Made by a program: the position numbers and the translations under genes
The notes under the pieces: model-generated
Database searches by the model: none
Told to the model about the DNA's origin: nothing
Seen by the model: the letters and a program-made list of their open reading frames with translations, nothing else
Part shown: positions 28,421 through 39,320 of the stretch, one piece after another
Position numbering within the stretch: the first letter of the stretch is position 1
Layout of the letters: every line of letters begins with the position of its first letter
Assembly (NCBI GenBank): GCA_053919585.1
Contig: CM132806.1
Strand: one strand, 5' to 3'
Length of the DNA stretch: 64,000 nucleotides
DNA from: Euprymna scolopes
Taxonomy: Eukaryota

Positions 28421-29089
28421 ATGCTGTTACAAGTGTGGCCTTGAATCAACTTTGTTTTGATAATAAACTAGCAAGGTTACCTAGTTGAGTAGATGATACA
28501 AAGCATTACAAAAAAGTGTTTAAAATAAAATGCACACCGGAAGTTTTGATGTCACATAAAAGGAAAGGAATAGATAACACCAAATTGCAATAGTGTTTCT
28601 AATAATACTAGAAATGGATTAAACACATGAACCATTTAAAAAAAAAAAAAATATGTATCTCTGCATTCAGATCGAGACCTCAACACAATTGGTTTTCATA
28701 TTTAAAATAACATTTTATCTTTTTTTTTTTAATACACATACAGAAAGGAAAGAAATTGTTGCCGCTTTTTAAAAAATCATTTCATTGCTATTAATAGTAA
28801 ATTAGTAAATAATTGAATCATAGGAAAATAACTAACTGTAGGTTCTGTAAATGACGACAGGAAAATAAGTTTTTGAACGAATGAAGAATTTTCAATAAAA
28901 GTAAAATAGTTTTGCATACAATATAACAAATTTGACCTACTTTTAGCATTTTACAACCTTGAACTTAATAAACACTAATAATTAAAAATCAAAATGATTT
29001 TATTGCCATTATATTTAAGTTTCAAATAAGCGTCATATGAACACATAATTTGGTTGTGACTTACATTTACAATTAGTTGACACTCATAG

Positions 29090-29092
<3 letters not shown>

Positions 29093-29130
<38 letters not shown>
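29093..29130. repeat. (TA)n microsatellite
   Basis: Uninterrupted TA run; others at 22752-22776 and 25458-25497 coincide with Helitron 5' ends. Confidence 0.95.
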
Positions 29131-29133
<3 letters not shown>

Positions 29134-30179
29134 CAATGTTTTGATACAATAATTACATTTTTCTGATTATAATAAGAACATAACTAGTCTATGAAACTGC
29201 ATACCTGTACCCGACAATATAAGGATGGACCAAAGTCTTACCTGAGCTTTACTTCTTCATATTTCTTGAAGTATTCCTGGAATTTATGCCATGGAAACAT
29301 TGATGACTCAAAAACTATTTGATCTGATCAAGCTGAAAATTTATGTTGTGGTTACTGTTATCAAAGAACAGATCTGCACATCAAATTTTTTAAAAATCAT
29401 AGGTTGAAATTATGTGAACTTCAACTTTAACTAAACATACCAAGGTCATATACTGTGCAGGACTTAATTGACTACAATATGGACCAAGTAGTGAACCTCT
29501 ACGTTAAGTGAAACCAAAATTATTGCCAAAAGTGTTGATTTCTCCTTTTCCATAATATAGTTATCCAAAAATTAAATCCGTTTTAACTTGAACTTGACTG
29601 AGATATTTTGACAGTTTAGTCACGCAATGTGGACTATAAGAAAACAAACCTACTGACAAATTCAACCATGGACATAACTTTGATGGAAGTAGGCATTAAA
29701 AAATTTTTTTTTTTTATATATATAAATATTGTAGGAGGAATCTTTTCGAGTGAAAATCTACTGAAAAATACTTTGTGTAAACATTAAGTAAAGAATAACA
29801 AGTTATTCAAAATGGCCGTCTAATTTGAGATATATTGGATAACTTTACTTAATGTTTACATGTTTAAAGTGTGTATTTCTTAATACAAAATGTGTATTTT
29901 TCAATAGATTTTAACTCAAAAAGATTCCTCATATAATAATATTTAACAAAAAGAATTTGTTTTCTCCCAACACACTCATGCCATGATTTAGCGTCTTTGT
30001 CAGTAGTGGTAAACTCCTTTATGTAGGAATAACCAAAGCTCATTATTGCTTTTCCGGTAGAGGATTGAAGTGAGATAAGGATGCTTATTGCCAGAGGAAG
30101 AGCAGTATCCAACAACTGTGACATCCCTTATTTCCCACATCCAACAACAGATGTAAGAGATAGCCATCATCGCACATAC

Positions 30180-30745
30180 CTTAGTCTTAATATCTATGGG
30201 GGAAAGAGCAAGATGAATAAAAATAAATGCACATCCATCACACTAAAGGAGAGGGAGGGGGTTACTGTGACAACATCAGAGGTAAAAGATTGGATTAATG
30301 AAGCATGGGCTGCCTTTTACCAGTTAAAAATGGTCTGCTAGCCTCAGACTTGCCCTTCAAAAACCTCCAGTTCAGGATTTTTTTTATGTGATAGTGAAGC
30401 GAGTTTTGTTTTATGGAGAATCGGTGTGGAAAGCAATTCCCTGCAAACACTTTTCTCTAGAGAATCCTCAGAATTGATCAATTGTAACAACTGATCGAGG
30501 AAGAAAAACATCTTACAAAGATGTTGGAAATCGGTTGATTGCACATCCTCGCAAACTGCCATCTAATATGAGGTCTGCTCTCTTTTGGAACTCATAAGCA
30601 CATCCAGATATATGTAGCATCATCAAGTGAAAAAATCTGCCGTACATGAGGATGGTTGGAGAAGCTTGCTCAAGACCGGCATACTTGGAAGGATTTCATT
30701 CCTCGCCTGCGCACAAAGTTAGCTGACGAGTCTGATAATTAAGAA
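30180..30745 (+). mobile_element. RTE-like LINE 3' fragment
   Basis: INEAWAAFYQLK..., VKRVLFYG, HILAN and LEKLAQDRHTWK: decayed RTE C-terminal motifs. Confidence 0.7.
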
Positions 30746-30799
30746 AACTGCGTACTGTAACGAAATCTCATTAAAAATATGCTAGTAGGCTTTATTCTA

Positions 30800-31150
30800 T
30801 CTTCTATATATTACAAAATGACAATGTTTATTGAAAAATATCCTGCAAGAGACAGTTCATGCCATATTAGTTGAAATCCCACCAGTCATCCAAATGTCCA
30901 ATAGTCCGAGAAATCTCGGCTATTACTGGAGTAAAAATAAATCTTCCAGCCGTATTTACTTTTTTAATCTGCATCTTGAATAATGGACTTTTTTTAATTG
31001 TGAACAGAAAATCTGTTGCCGCATGTAGCATCCCAATGTTCTCTTTTTAAAAGATAAAATTATGACTTTATCCGGTCGCTTTTTATTACCACAGTTGAGG
31101 TCTACCGGTTTGATTCAAAAACAAACTCCTCTTTATTTCACCTCTTCCGG
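30800..31150 (-). mobile_element. CRE-like non-LTR retrotransposon remnant (restriction-like endonuclease domain)
   Basis: Minus strand across frameshifts: KPVDLNCGNKKRPDKV...HWDATC...KSKY...RFIFTPVIAEISRTIG, matching the RPD..WDATC..K..KY..F.P.A.E..G pattern of RLE domains. Confidence 0.55.
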
Positions 31151-32692
31151 TATTTATTTATTTTATTTATTGATTGGTAAGCACTTGGCACTACAACAAC
31201 AGGAGAAGGGAATGCAAATCAAACTCCTCAATGAAAGCTCAGTAATTGGAATTCAAGGTGAATAGCTACTGCCACTTGAGTGCACTCATGGTCTAGAAGG
31301 ACATCAGTAGATGAGATTACTGTTGATCCTGGTACTACTACTTGACTGTTACGCAGCTCATCCAGCCTGCGTGTTATTGAAATTGTTTTTAAAAAATGTT
31401 TTCTGGATCCAGACATATGCATAGTTCAAAAATAATGGCAGCAAACCACTGTTTCAAAAAATTTATCAAGTGATTGAAAGAGGGCAAAGAAAAAAGAAAA
31501 ATATGCTGAAGGGGGTAAGTTTATCACTAATGAAGATCCAGACCATAAAAATTCAAAGAAAGTGTTGCTTCCCAAACTTAAATTGTATATAAACTTTGCA
31601 CACATTTCTTAACTAGTATCTGCCTCGTTTAAAGATTTCTGTTCAAGCTAGCAAGGGGCCACTTTGGAGAGTGTAGATGAATCTAGACGTGGCCAAAATA
31701 TTTGAACAAGAACTGAATGTACAATCGTTTATCATCTCTGACTTTAATAAGTTTATATACTTGTATTTAATGATATGGTTTTGTAATGTATTGTCGAAAA
31801 GAAAGACTGTCTTTAAAAGAAGACAAATTATGAGCCGTGTATTTACATTAAATTTAGAATGAACAAATGTTCAACTGAAATAGTCAAAATGCTTTTCCAA
31901 ACTTTTGACCAACTTTTAAAAAAACGGCCTTTGAGGTTATGATCAAGTGTATCAAATCAAATTTATCGACAAAAAAAAAAAATAGTTCAAGTCCTGTAAA
32001 AAGACAAGATCTTTGTATATCTTTGTAGGTAAGCATAAAGAGTACAGCCAACATCTTGGTTGTGAACTTTTGAACATGCTTCGAGTGTACAATATTTTGA
32101 GGATGCAGATTTGTTGCTTGGATAACATCCTCAAGAATTAATTGTACCAGAGTTGCGTATAAGCATCTGTTTTTAATTGAGAAAGGTTCTCTTGATGAAA
32201 CAAAAAAAAAATCCATTTGATTTTATTTACAATAACACGTTTGAAGGAGTTTTCCACAGCTGTACCAAGGAACTTGTGAGAGGCGGGGAAGCTGAACTCT
32301 CCCAAAACTCTTGCTGAAAAGTCCACCATTTCTGTTGCATAATTTAACATATAAGTTAGTCCATTATGATTCTTAGTGTTTTTAGGCTTATTTCAAATTA
32401 TCAACCTGAAGAAATCTATGGTTCACAAGATCATAGTGGACCAAATTATTATTTGTCAGCCACGGTTTATATAGAAAAGTTAAATCTATCAAATTTATGT
32501 ATTTTTTTTTTTTTAAATATTAGGTCTTGTTATCTCTTGTTTTTTTTTTTTTGTTTTTTTTACGTATCTAACAAATATGTACACCAAAATCAAAGTGTCA
32601 TAGGTTTTATTGTTATACAAGGTTAGCTAATACAGTAATATAGTTAATTCAATATAATCCATTTAATTATCCTCTTTTGTATTGATGCAGCT

Positions 32693-33050
32693 TCTTTTTT
32701 TTTTTTTTTTTTTACAAAGAAGTCATCACTTATCAAGGCCTGGAGGCCACTCGTGGGTAAGGGTTATTGTGTGTACAGTAATCAATGGGATAATATTGTA
32801 GTAATCATTAGTAATGGAGATTTGATAAAGTGTCTTACTTAAGTTGACGGTTTATCAGGAATTTGTTTATGTTGGACTTGAAGACATCCAAGTTGTAGTC
32901 AGGTGGGAAACAGGCAAACGGAAGAGAATTCCACAGGCGTGCATTTCTAAGAAAGAAGCTTTGTTCATAGAATGTACGTTTTGATTTAGGCACAGATAAA
33001 GAGTGGAGAAAATTACTGACAGTGTTTTCAGCTAGACGGGATTTGAGGAT
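32693..33050 (-). mobile_element. CR1/L2-type LINE 3' end with poly(A)
   Basis: Reverse complement of the 51400-51700 terminus (..GAGTGGCCTCCAGGCCTTGATAAGTGATGACT..A(n)). Confidence 0.75.
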
Positions 33051-33269
33051 TATGTTTATAATTATTTATTTTCAACTGAAAGGGCCAAATGTACTGCTGA
33101 ACGGTGACCATGTTATGAGTGTTGAATTACAAAGACGAAGTTGGAGGTGGATTATAAAATCTGTAAACTAAATTCAAATCTAGTTGGATTTCGAAAGGTG
33201 TGAACCTTCAGATTCTCCGCAGCAAAAGATTAAATTTTGCAGTTTCTGTTTATAAGTATTTGAATATTA

Positions 33270-33944
33270 TGTTTCTGATGTTTTGAGATGAAGTTTTGAG
33301 ATGGTTATTCATATTATTTGGATTCATTGGACTGCTGTTCTCATCTTGAGTGTCATTTTCACAATGTTTCGGCCGATGTAGTCTCCGTCCTTCTTCAGGT
33401 GTATCCTGTCAAACTCGGGAATTTGGATGGAATTTTGAATGGAACCTTTTATTTACTTCACGGATGTAGCATGCTCTTCTTTCGTCAGCCATGACTGTAT
33501 CGAGGTCTTAAATAATTTGCAATTGTATTTTTCAGTCGCCCACATTGAGAATTGAACCTTCAACCTTCAAGAGAATATCACTTTTACAATTGATTTTTCC
33601 AAGTACTCTAACCACTGCGCCATCGGTTCTTGTGGACTCCATAGTGGTTAGAATACTTGGAAAAATCAATTGTAAAAGTGATATTCTGAAGGTTTAAAGT
33701 TCAATTCTCAGTATGGGCGACTGAAAAATACAATTGCAAATTATTTAGGACCTCAATCCAGTCATGACTGACGAAACAAGCACATGCTACCCCCGTGAAG
33801 TAAATAAAGGATTCCATTCAGAATTCCATCCAAATTCCCGAGTTTGACAAGATACACCCTTTAGAAGGTTGGAGGTTACATCAACTGAAACGCGAAAATA
33901 ACACTCAAGATGAGAGCAGTAGTCTGATGAATTAAAATAATGTC
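33270..33944. mobile_element. Fold-back (inverted dimer) of a tRNA-derived SINE with a Penelope-type hammerhead 3' end; best-preserved copy (E)
   Basis: ~300 bp arms are reverse complements around a centre at ~33630. Minus strand: A box TGGCGCAGTGG 33612-33622, B box GGTTCAATTC 33549-33558, hammerhead motif 33360-33401. Flanked by direct repeat TTTGAATATTA (33259-33269, 33945-33955). Confidence 0.85.
33360..33401 (-). ncRNA. Minimal type I hammerhead ribozyme-like motif
   Basis: Minus strand reads CAC-CTGAAGA-A-GGACG-GAGACTACAT-CGGCC-GAAA-CATT-GTG: CUGANGA and GAAA core, stem II (one mismatch), stem I CAC/GUG. Stem III palindrome ACGT has decayed to ACAT in this copy. Confidence 0.65.
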
Positions 33945-34019
33945 TTTGAATATTAATCTACGCAGTCCACGCTTCAGGCGAGGTCCGATGAAATTCTATC
34001 ATCAAGTTAGTTTCACTAG

Positions 34020-34400
34020 ATCTTCAGCAGTACTGTTTAAAGTCATCGAGAGATTTCAGTATCAACCAAGAGGTGTGTATATAAATCCTTCTTTATGACT
34101 GTGAAATATGGCTGATGAGGGTGGTTGCTCGATGAAAGTTGTAAATCTTTTACAATAACCTCTATCACATCGTGTGTTGTTATCTACCAACACTGGCATC
34201 CTTCTTGTTGCTGCAACATCTTTGATGGTTTGGGCATGCAGCTTGTCGTCCAGGATGGTGGGTGGGGATTAATATGCAATGTAATCCTTCTAGCCTGTGT
34301 AGTGTTAATATATTGATGGCCTGCTGAGGATGTGGATGATAACTATCAAGGAGGACTTGGCTGAGCTTTCAGGTTCACAAGTGGTTAGCCTTCAACAAAC
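34020..34400 (+). mobile_element. RTE-like LINE 3' fragment
   Basis: WFGHA...WMITIKEDLAELSGSQVVSLQ remnant. Confidence 0.55.
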
Positions 34401-35185
34401 TCGTCATGGTTTGTAATGTAGTGCAAGCCAGGAAAGAAACCAGCTTGTCTTGACTAGGGTCTGAATAGTCGATAAACCAAAGAACTATCAGACATCTAAA
34501 TGACTTAGATCATTTGCTTATTAGTTTACGTTGTGTTATGTCATCATCCGATAGTCTTTATTAGTGTTGAGATGATTAGTTAGAATCGGAAAAATTTGTG
34601 TCTTTTTTCTGATGCCAAAAACGATTCTTTTAATTGGTTTTTCTTATTTTTATTTAATTTTGTTTAAAGCAAAACCTTGCTTATAGTAATGATGAAACGA
34701 TAAATAGTTATTGATTTTAAACAACCAATAAAACTAAAATCGATAGATCATCCCCCCACGAAAGTATTTTGATATTTGAGAAAATATCTGCACATTTAAC
34801 ATGTGTTTTCATGGTATTTGTGACAAAATAACAACTTCATAGTTTAATATTTACAGAATTATAAAGAATCGGAATCCGGAATAATATTGGGATTGCCCAA
34901 TCACTAGTCTATACATCATTTTCAATTCAGTACCTTTAAATGTACAAGCCAGCAAAACATCTACACATATAAAGGGCAAGTGTATGTCCAGTTAAAAGCT
35001 AAAAAAACAAAGACCTATAAAATTAATATAATCTTGATCAACGTTATCCAAGATGAATAATATCTAAAATTCAAAAATTTTTATTCATTCTCCAGCAGTC
35101 AACTGGGTCAGGTTTTGTCCAAGGAGGCAGTTTTTCAGTATTGTTATTAATTTGGAAAGAAAATGCAGACAAATTCCACAAGAAA

Positions 35186-35313
35186 TCTATTATATAAATG
35201 AGAGATTTGTGTATGTCCAACTAGAGAGGAATGGGCTTGGCAGAGAAGAGGGAGGAGACATGATAGAGATCTGCAACATTTTTGCCCCGGGCAATGGCAG
35301 ATAGCTCTGCTAG
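35186..35313 (+). mobile_element. 128 bp mini-Helitron
   Basis: A|TCTATTATATAAA ... CCCCGGGCAATGGCAG ... CTAG|T: 5' TC, subterminal hairpin remnant, 3' CTAG, AT target, no TSD. Confidence 0.65.
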
Positions 35314-35583
35314 TTTACATATATTGTGAGTAAATCTGCCTGAAAGTTGTTTCTTTATTTTTTAAAAAAATTTTCTCCTAACAGTCAACATAAGCAATTA
35401 AATATAAAGTTTGTTTTTGTTTTTTTAAAGATATTTTGAAAAAAACTGGAGTCTAATTGAGATTTTCAAAATATTTCATGATTGATTTAATTGAGATTTT
35501 CAAAATATTTCATGAAATTTTGAAAGATGAAAAGTTTTATGTCAGGGGTGAGATTTCTGTTATGGAAGCATTGATTTGATTTG

Positions 35584-36037
35584 AATAAAATAGAATATAC
35601 ATCAAGTGTGCTTGAAAGCCAAATTACAACAAAATATTATGAAAATAAACATATTTTACTCATTTGAAATTTATAAGTTAAATATATTTCAGAGTCAAAC
35701 TCCATCCTCAGTATTTTGTTTGTTTGTTTTTGTTTTTTTTTTCTTGCCATGTTGTAAAGTTGGAGATCCACACATTGTCTTTCAGTAGTATTTTAAAATG
35801 CCGGGAACAGTGCGTTGGCTACGTGAGATTAATGTCTGACAATGCGCGGATCTTTACTACTGACTTTTCTTTCTCCAACTTTATATCATGGCAAGAAAGA
35901 AGAAGAAAAAGAAATACTGTTTGACTCCGAAATATATTAAAATTATAATTTCCAAACAAGTAAAATATTTGTTTATTTTTGTAATATTGTGTTATAATTT
36001 GGCTTTCAAGCATACTTGATGCATATTTTATTTTATT
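35584..36037. mobile_element. AT-rich fold-back element / MITE with ~175 bp inverted arms
   Basis: AATATACATCAAGTGTGCTTGAAAGCCAAATTA... mirrored by ...TAATTTGGCTTTCAAGCATACTTGATGCATATT. Confidence 0.75.
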
Positions 36038-36128
36038 ATGAAAAGGTTATTTTTTATTTTTATTTATTTTTTTGAAAAAGAATAGAAAAACTTAACACCA
36101 TATGTTTGTTTTCTTAAGAACTAATATA

Positions 36129-36300
36129 CAGAGTGGTTAAAAAATAATGTACTCACACTTCACCTTTATTTAGAGTGAAATGGAATTGCTTCGAATACAG
36201 AAAACAAACATAATTGAAAAATTCTGTTCAAATTGATGACCATTATTGTCTACACAATGCTAATAACAGTTAAAGTGTGAGTACATTTTTAGACACCCTG
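36129..36300. mobile_element. Tc1/mariner MITE
   Basis: TA|CAGAGTGGTTAAAAAATAATGTACTCACACTT ... AAGTGTGAGTACATTTTTAGACACCCTG|TA. Confidence 0.75.
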
Positions 36301-36559
36301 TATTGTTTTGTTTGCTTTACCTAAAAAAGTTAAAGTTAGCCCTTGTGCAAACAATTTTAATGAGTTCAGAAAAATGGTGAAACAATGAATTTACAAGCTT
36401 AATTGTGGAACCTGTTACGAGAATTTCTTTTCTTCGATAAGATGATTGATTAAAATGTAAGATGTTCACAGAATTATAATTTAAATTAACATTCGCAAAA
36501 GACATATGCTTGGACAACGAAATCTTGACATATACTTTTACTAATACTACAAGTATTTT

Positions 36560-36850
36560 GCATCTCTTCAAAGTAGCAAAAAAACAAATCTCTGACCTAA
36601 TAGGTCCCACACTATCAACTAAGCTCCAATCCCTATCCCATCACCACTATGCTGCATCTCTGTACCTGTTTTACAAGTCCTTTAATGGAATGTTCTAATG
36701 AACTTGTAGTACTTGCGTCCTCTTTATATCTACACTTCCGACTAAAAATTCCACCCATTTCGCTGCTCAACTCTACATCGTGTCTCTGTAAATATGGTCC
36801 CAGTTAGTCCTTATGTCCAAGTGGCAATATGCCTTGTTTAGGATGAATTT
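36560..36850 (+). mobile_element. CR1/L2-type LINE 3' fragment
   Basis: DLIGPTLSTKLQSLSHH...SLYLFYKSFNGM; ends GGCAATATGCCTTGTT like 20685-20700. Confidence 0.65.
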
Positions 36851-37244
36851 TATGGTTGATGACTTGTCAATGTTACAAAGAAAAAAAAAATTTTTTTTTC
36901 ACTGCACTGTAACGTGTGCTGTGATCACATGATAATTTGCCATGTGTAAAAAAAAAAAAATCTCTGCTGTATTATAAACAAATTGTGAACTTTTTCACAT
37001 TGTCATCATCAATTGATTGCATTGTTGTAGACTATCGAGTATGTTCCTGATGCCGTTTCAACTGTGTTCCTGTTTGTCAAATATTTATCAATCAACTCTG
37101 AAAGGATCCTTTTTCTTTTGCAACTAACATATTCAAAACACTGCTAGGAATAGAGAGTACAATCACTAGATAGTAATCAATGACTATTGATGTATATTAG
37201 GAACAATCATTTTAATATGACCAATTATTGTCCATTCACAGCTA

Positions 37245-38326
37245 CAGGGTGTTCAATAATTAACGTTACAAAGTTGTCTGCCCATGTTAAATAAATTCAA
37301 CAATACAAATCACCCAAACGTAAATTTATACAATAGTATTACTAGATTGAAAATATCCAAATTTTATTCAAAGTATTGTGCATCAAAAACCTACTGCAAA
37401 CGCTTGGTGAATGTGTCACACGAGTTATGGATGATTTTCTGTAGGATTTTTACTCATTTCTCACTTAATTTCTTCTTCAGAACCTTCAAATTGGTATGGT
37501 TGGAAGCCGAGGCATAACTCTCTAAGAAAGACTAAAATTCTTCATCTCAACAGTTGATTTGAAACGTTTTAGTGCTCTCCTCACTAACATTCAATTCATA
37601 TTTAAGGTCTTCGCAATGTCTCCTGCAGACTCCAGATTTGAATATAACGGCAATTCGTTTCGCTAAAGCATGGAACATATTGTCAAACGTAATCTTCAAG
37701 TTAAACTTACACCATATACACTTGAAAAAAGCTGAAAATTCATAAATATTCAAATATAGAAAACTAGCCTTGGTGCCAGGCGTTGCCCGGGTGTTTGTAG
37801 GTGTGTATTGAGCAAAAAAAAAAAAAAAACAATACAAATCACCCAAACGTAAATCTATACAATAGTATAACTAGATTCAAAATATCCAAAATTTATTCAA
37901 TGTAACCGCCTTGTGTATCAATAATCTGCTACAAACGCTTGATGAATGCTTTACATGAGTCACGAATAGTTTTTGTGTGATTTTGGTGGCCCATTCCTCA
38001 CTTAATTTCTTCTTCAGAGCCTCCAAGTTGGTGTGATGGGAAGCTAAGACTTTACTCTCCAAGAAAGATCAAACTTTTTTACCAGATGATTTGAAGCGTT
38101 TTAAGTCCTCTCCACACCAACATTCGATTCACATTTAAGGTTTTAGCAATGTCTCTTGCAGACTTTCCGGATTTGAATTTGTTTCGCTAAATCATGGGGC
38201 ATATTGTCAAAAGTGAACTTCAAGTAACACTTTGTCTATATACATCCGAAGAAGAAAGAAAATCATGAAAATTCATTAAATATAGATTATAATAGAAAGT
38301 TGTAACAATAAATATTGACTCCCCTG
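37245..38326 (-). mobile_element. Deleted Tc1/mariner element with an internal ~460 bp duplication split by a Helitron end
   Basis: TA|CAGGGTGTTCAATA ... TATTGACTCCCCTG|TA TIRs; ESKVLASHHTNLEALKKKLSEEW remnant; 37301-37760 resembles 37830-38286; Helitron 3' end at 37764-37792. Confidence 0.7.
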
Positions 38327-38487
38327 TACACATACATGGACATATAATAGACTAAAATAAGACTAAATTTAAGTGTAAAATACGCTTAAATATATTTTAA
38401 TCCATGCAGATTTTGTATTTATTATTACAGAGCTAATTCTCCATTGAAGTTTTTATTATACCTAATATATAGTAGTTATTTCAAAAT

Positions 38488-38524
<37 letters not shown>

Positions 38525-39018
38525 CTTGAGTGCCATCAGCTAGAATTGAAACTGAAACATTATAGTGCCCCAGTTATGTTTCCCACCATTTTAGGTATTA
38601 ACAGATAAGTTAGAAATATTTAAAATTAAACCACTTCAAGTTGTGAATGAATTTGCACATACGCAAAAGTAATAGAAATATGTCTGTAAGTTGAAATGAA
38701 CATTTTGCATTTCAACTCACTGACATATTTCTGTACGGTTTATTCATTCCTCCAAATAAATATTTTACTTGTTATAAACCATCCTGGGTGTATGATTACT
38801 ATTTTCTGTTTATTTCAGTGTTATGTAACCAGTAGTTTAAGAATTTATCGGTTAAATATTTAAACACAGACACACATACATACATCTACTGTTTTATTGA
38901 TATAGATTACAATGATTATCGCTGATATACATCAATTCTTCTTTTGATACTTATCTAGTTGTAGAAACTTTTCCAAGTCATCATCAAAGCTTGTAGTAAT
39001 CTTCCATGATGTTTTTGG

Positions 39019-39320
39019 CTTTTTTTTTTTTTTACAAAGGAGTCATCACTTATCAAGGCCCGGAGACCACTCGAGGATAAGGGTTAATGAGTGAACAGTG
39101 GTCATGGGGAACATGTAGTAATTGTTAGTAGTGGAAATTTGGTAAATTGGATTACTTAAGGGGATGGTTCATCAAGAATTTGTTTATGTTGGACTTGAAG
39201 ATTACCAAATTATAGTCAGTTAGAAAACTGACAAATGGAAGAGAGTTCCACAGGTGTGCAGTTCTAAGAAAGCAGCTTTGTTCATGGAATCTACGTTTAG
39301 GTTTAGGCACAGATAAACAT
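39019..39320 (-). mobile_element. CR1/L2-type LINE 3' end with poly(A)
   Basis: Same terminus as 32693-33050. Confidence 0.75.

Noticed and set aside
31884-32350. Cluster of minus-strand ORFs that look like decayed coding sequence
   Set aside because: No recognisable motif or consistent splice signals; needs a frameshift-aware protein search.
33540-33630. tRNA gene
   Set aside because: A and B boxes are present but there is no acceptor or anticodon cloverleaf; it is a SINE head repeated in many decayed copies.
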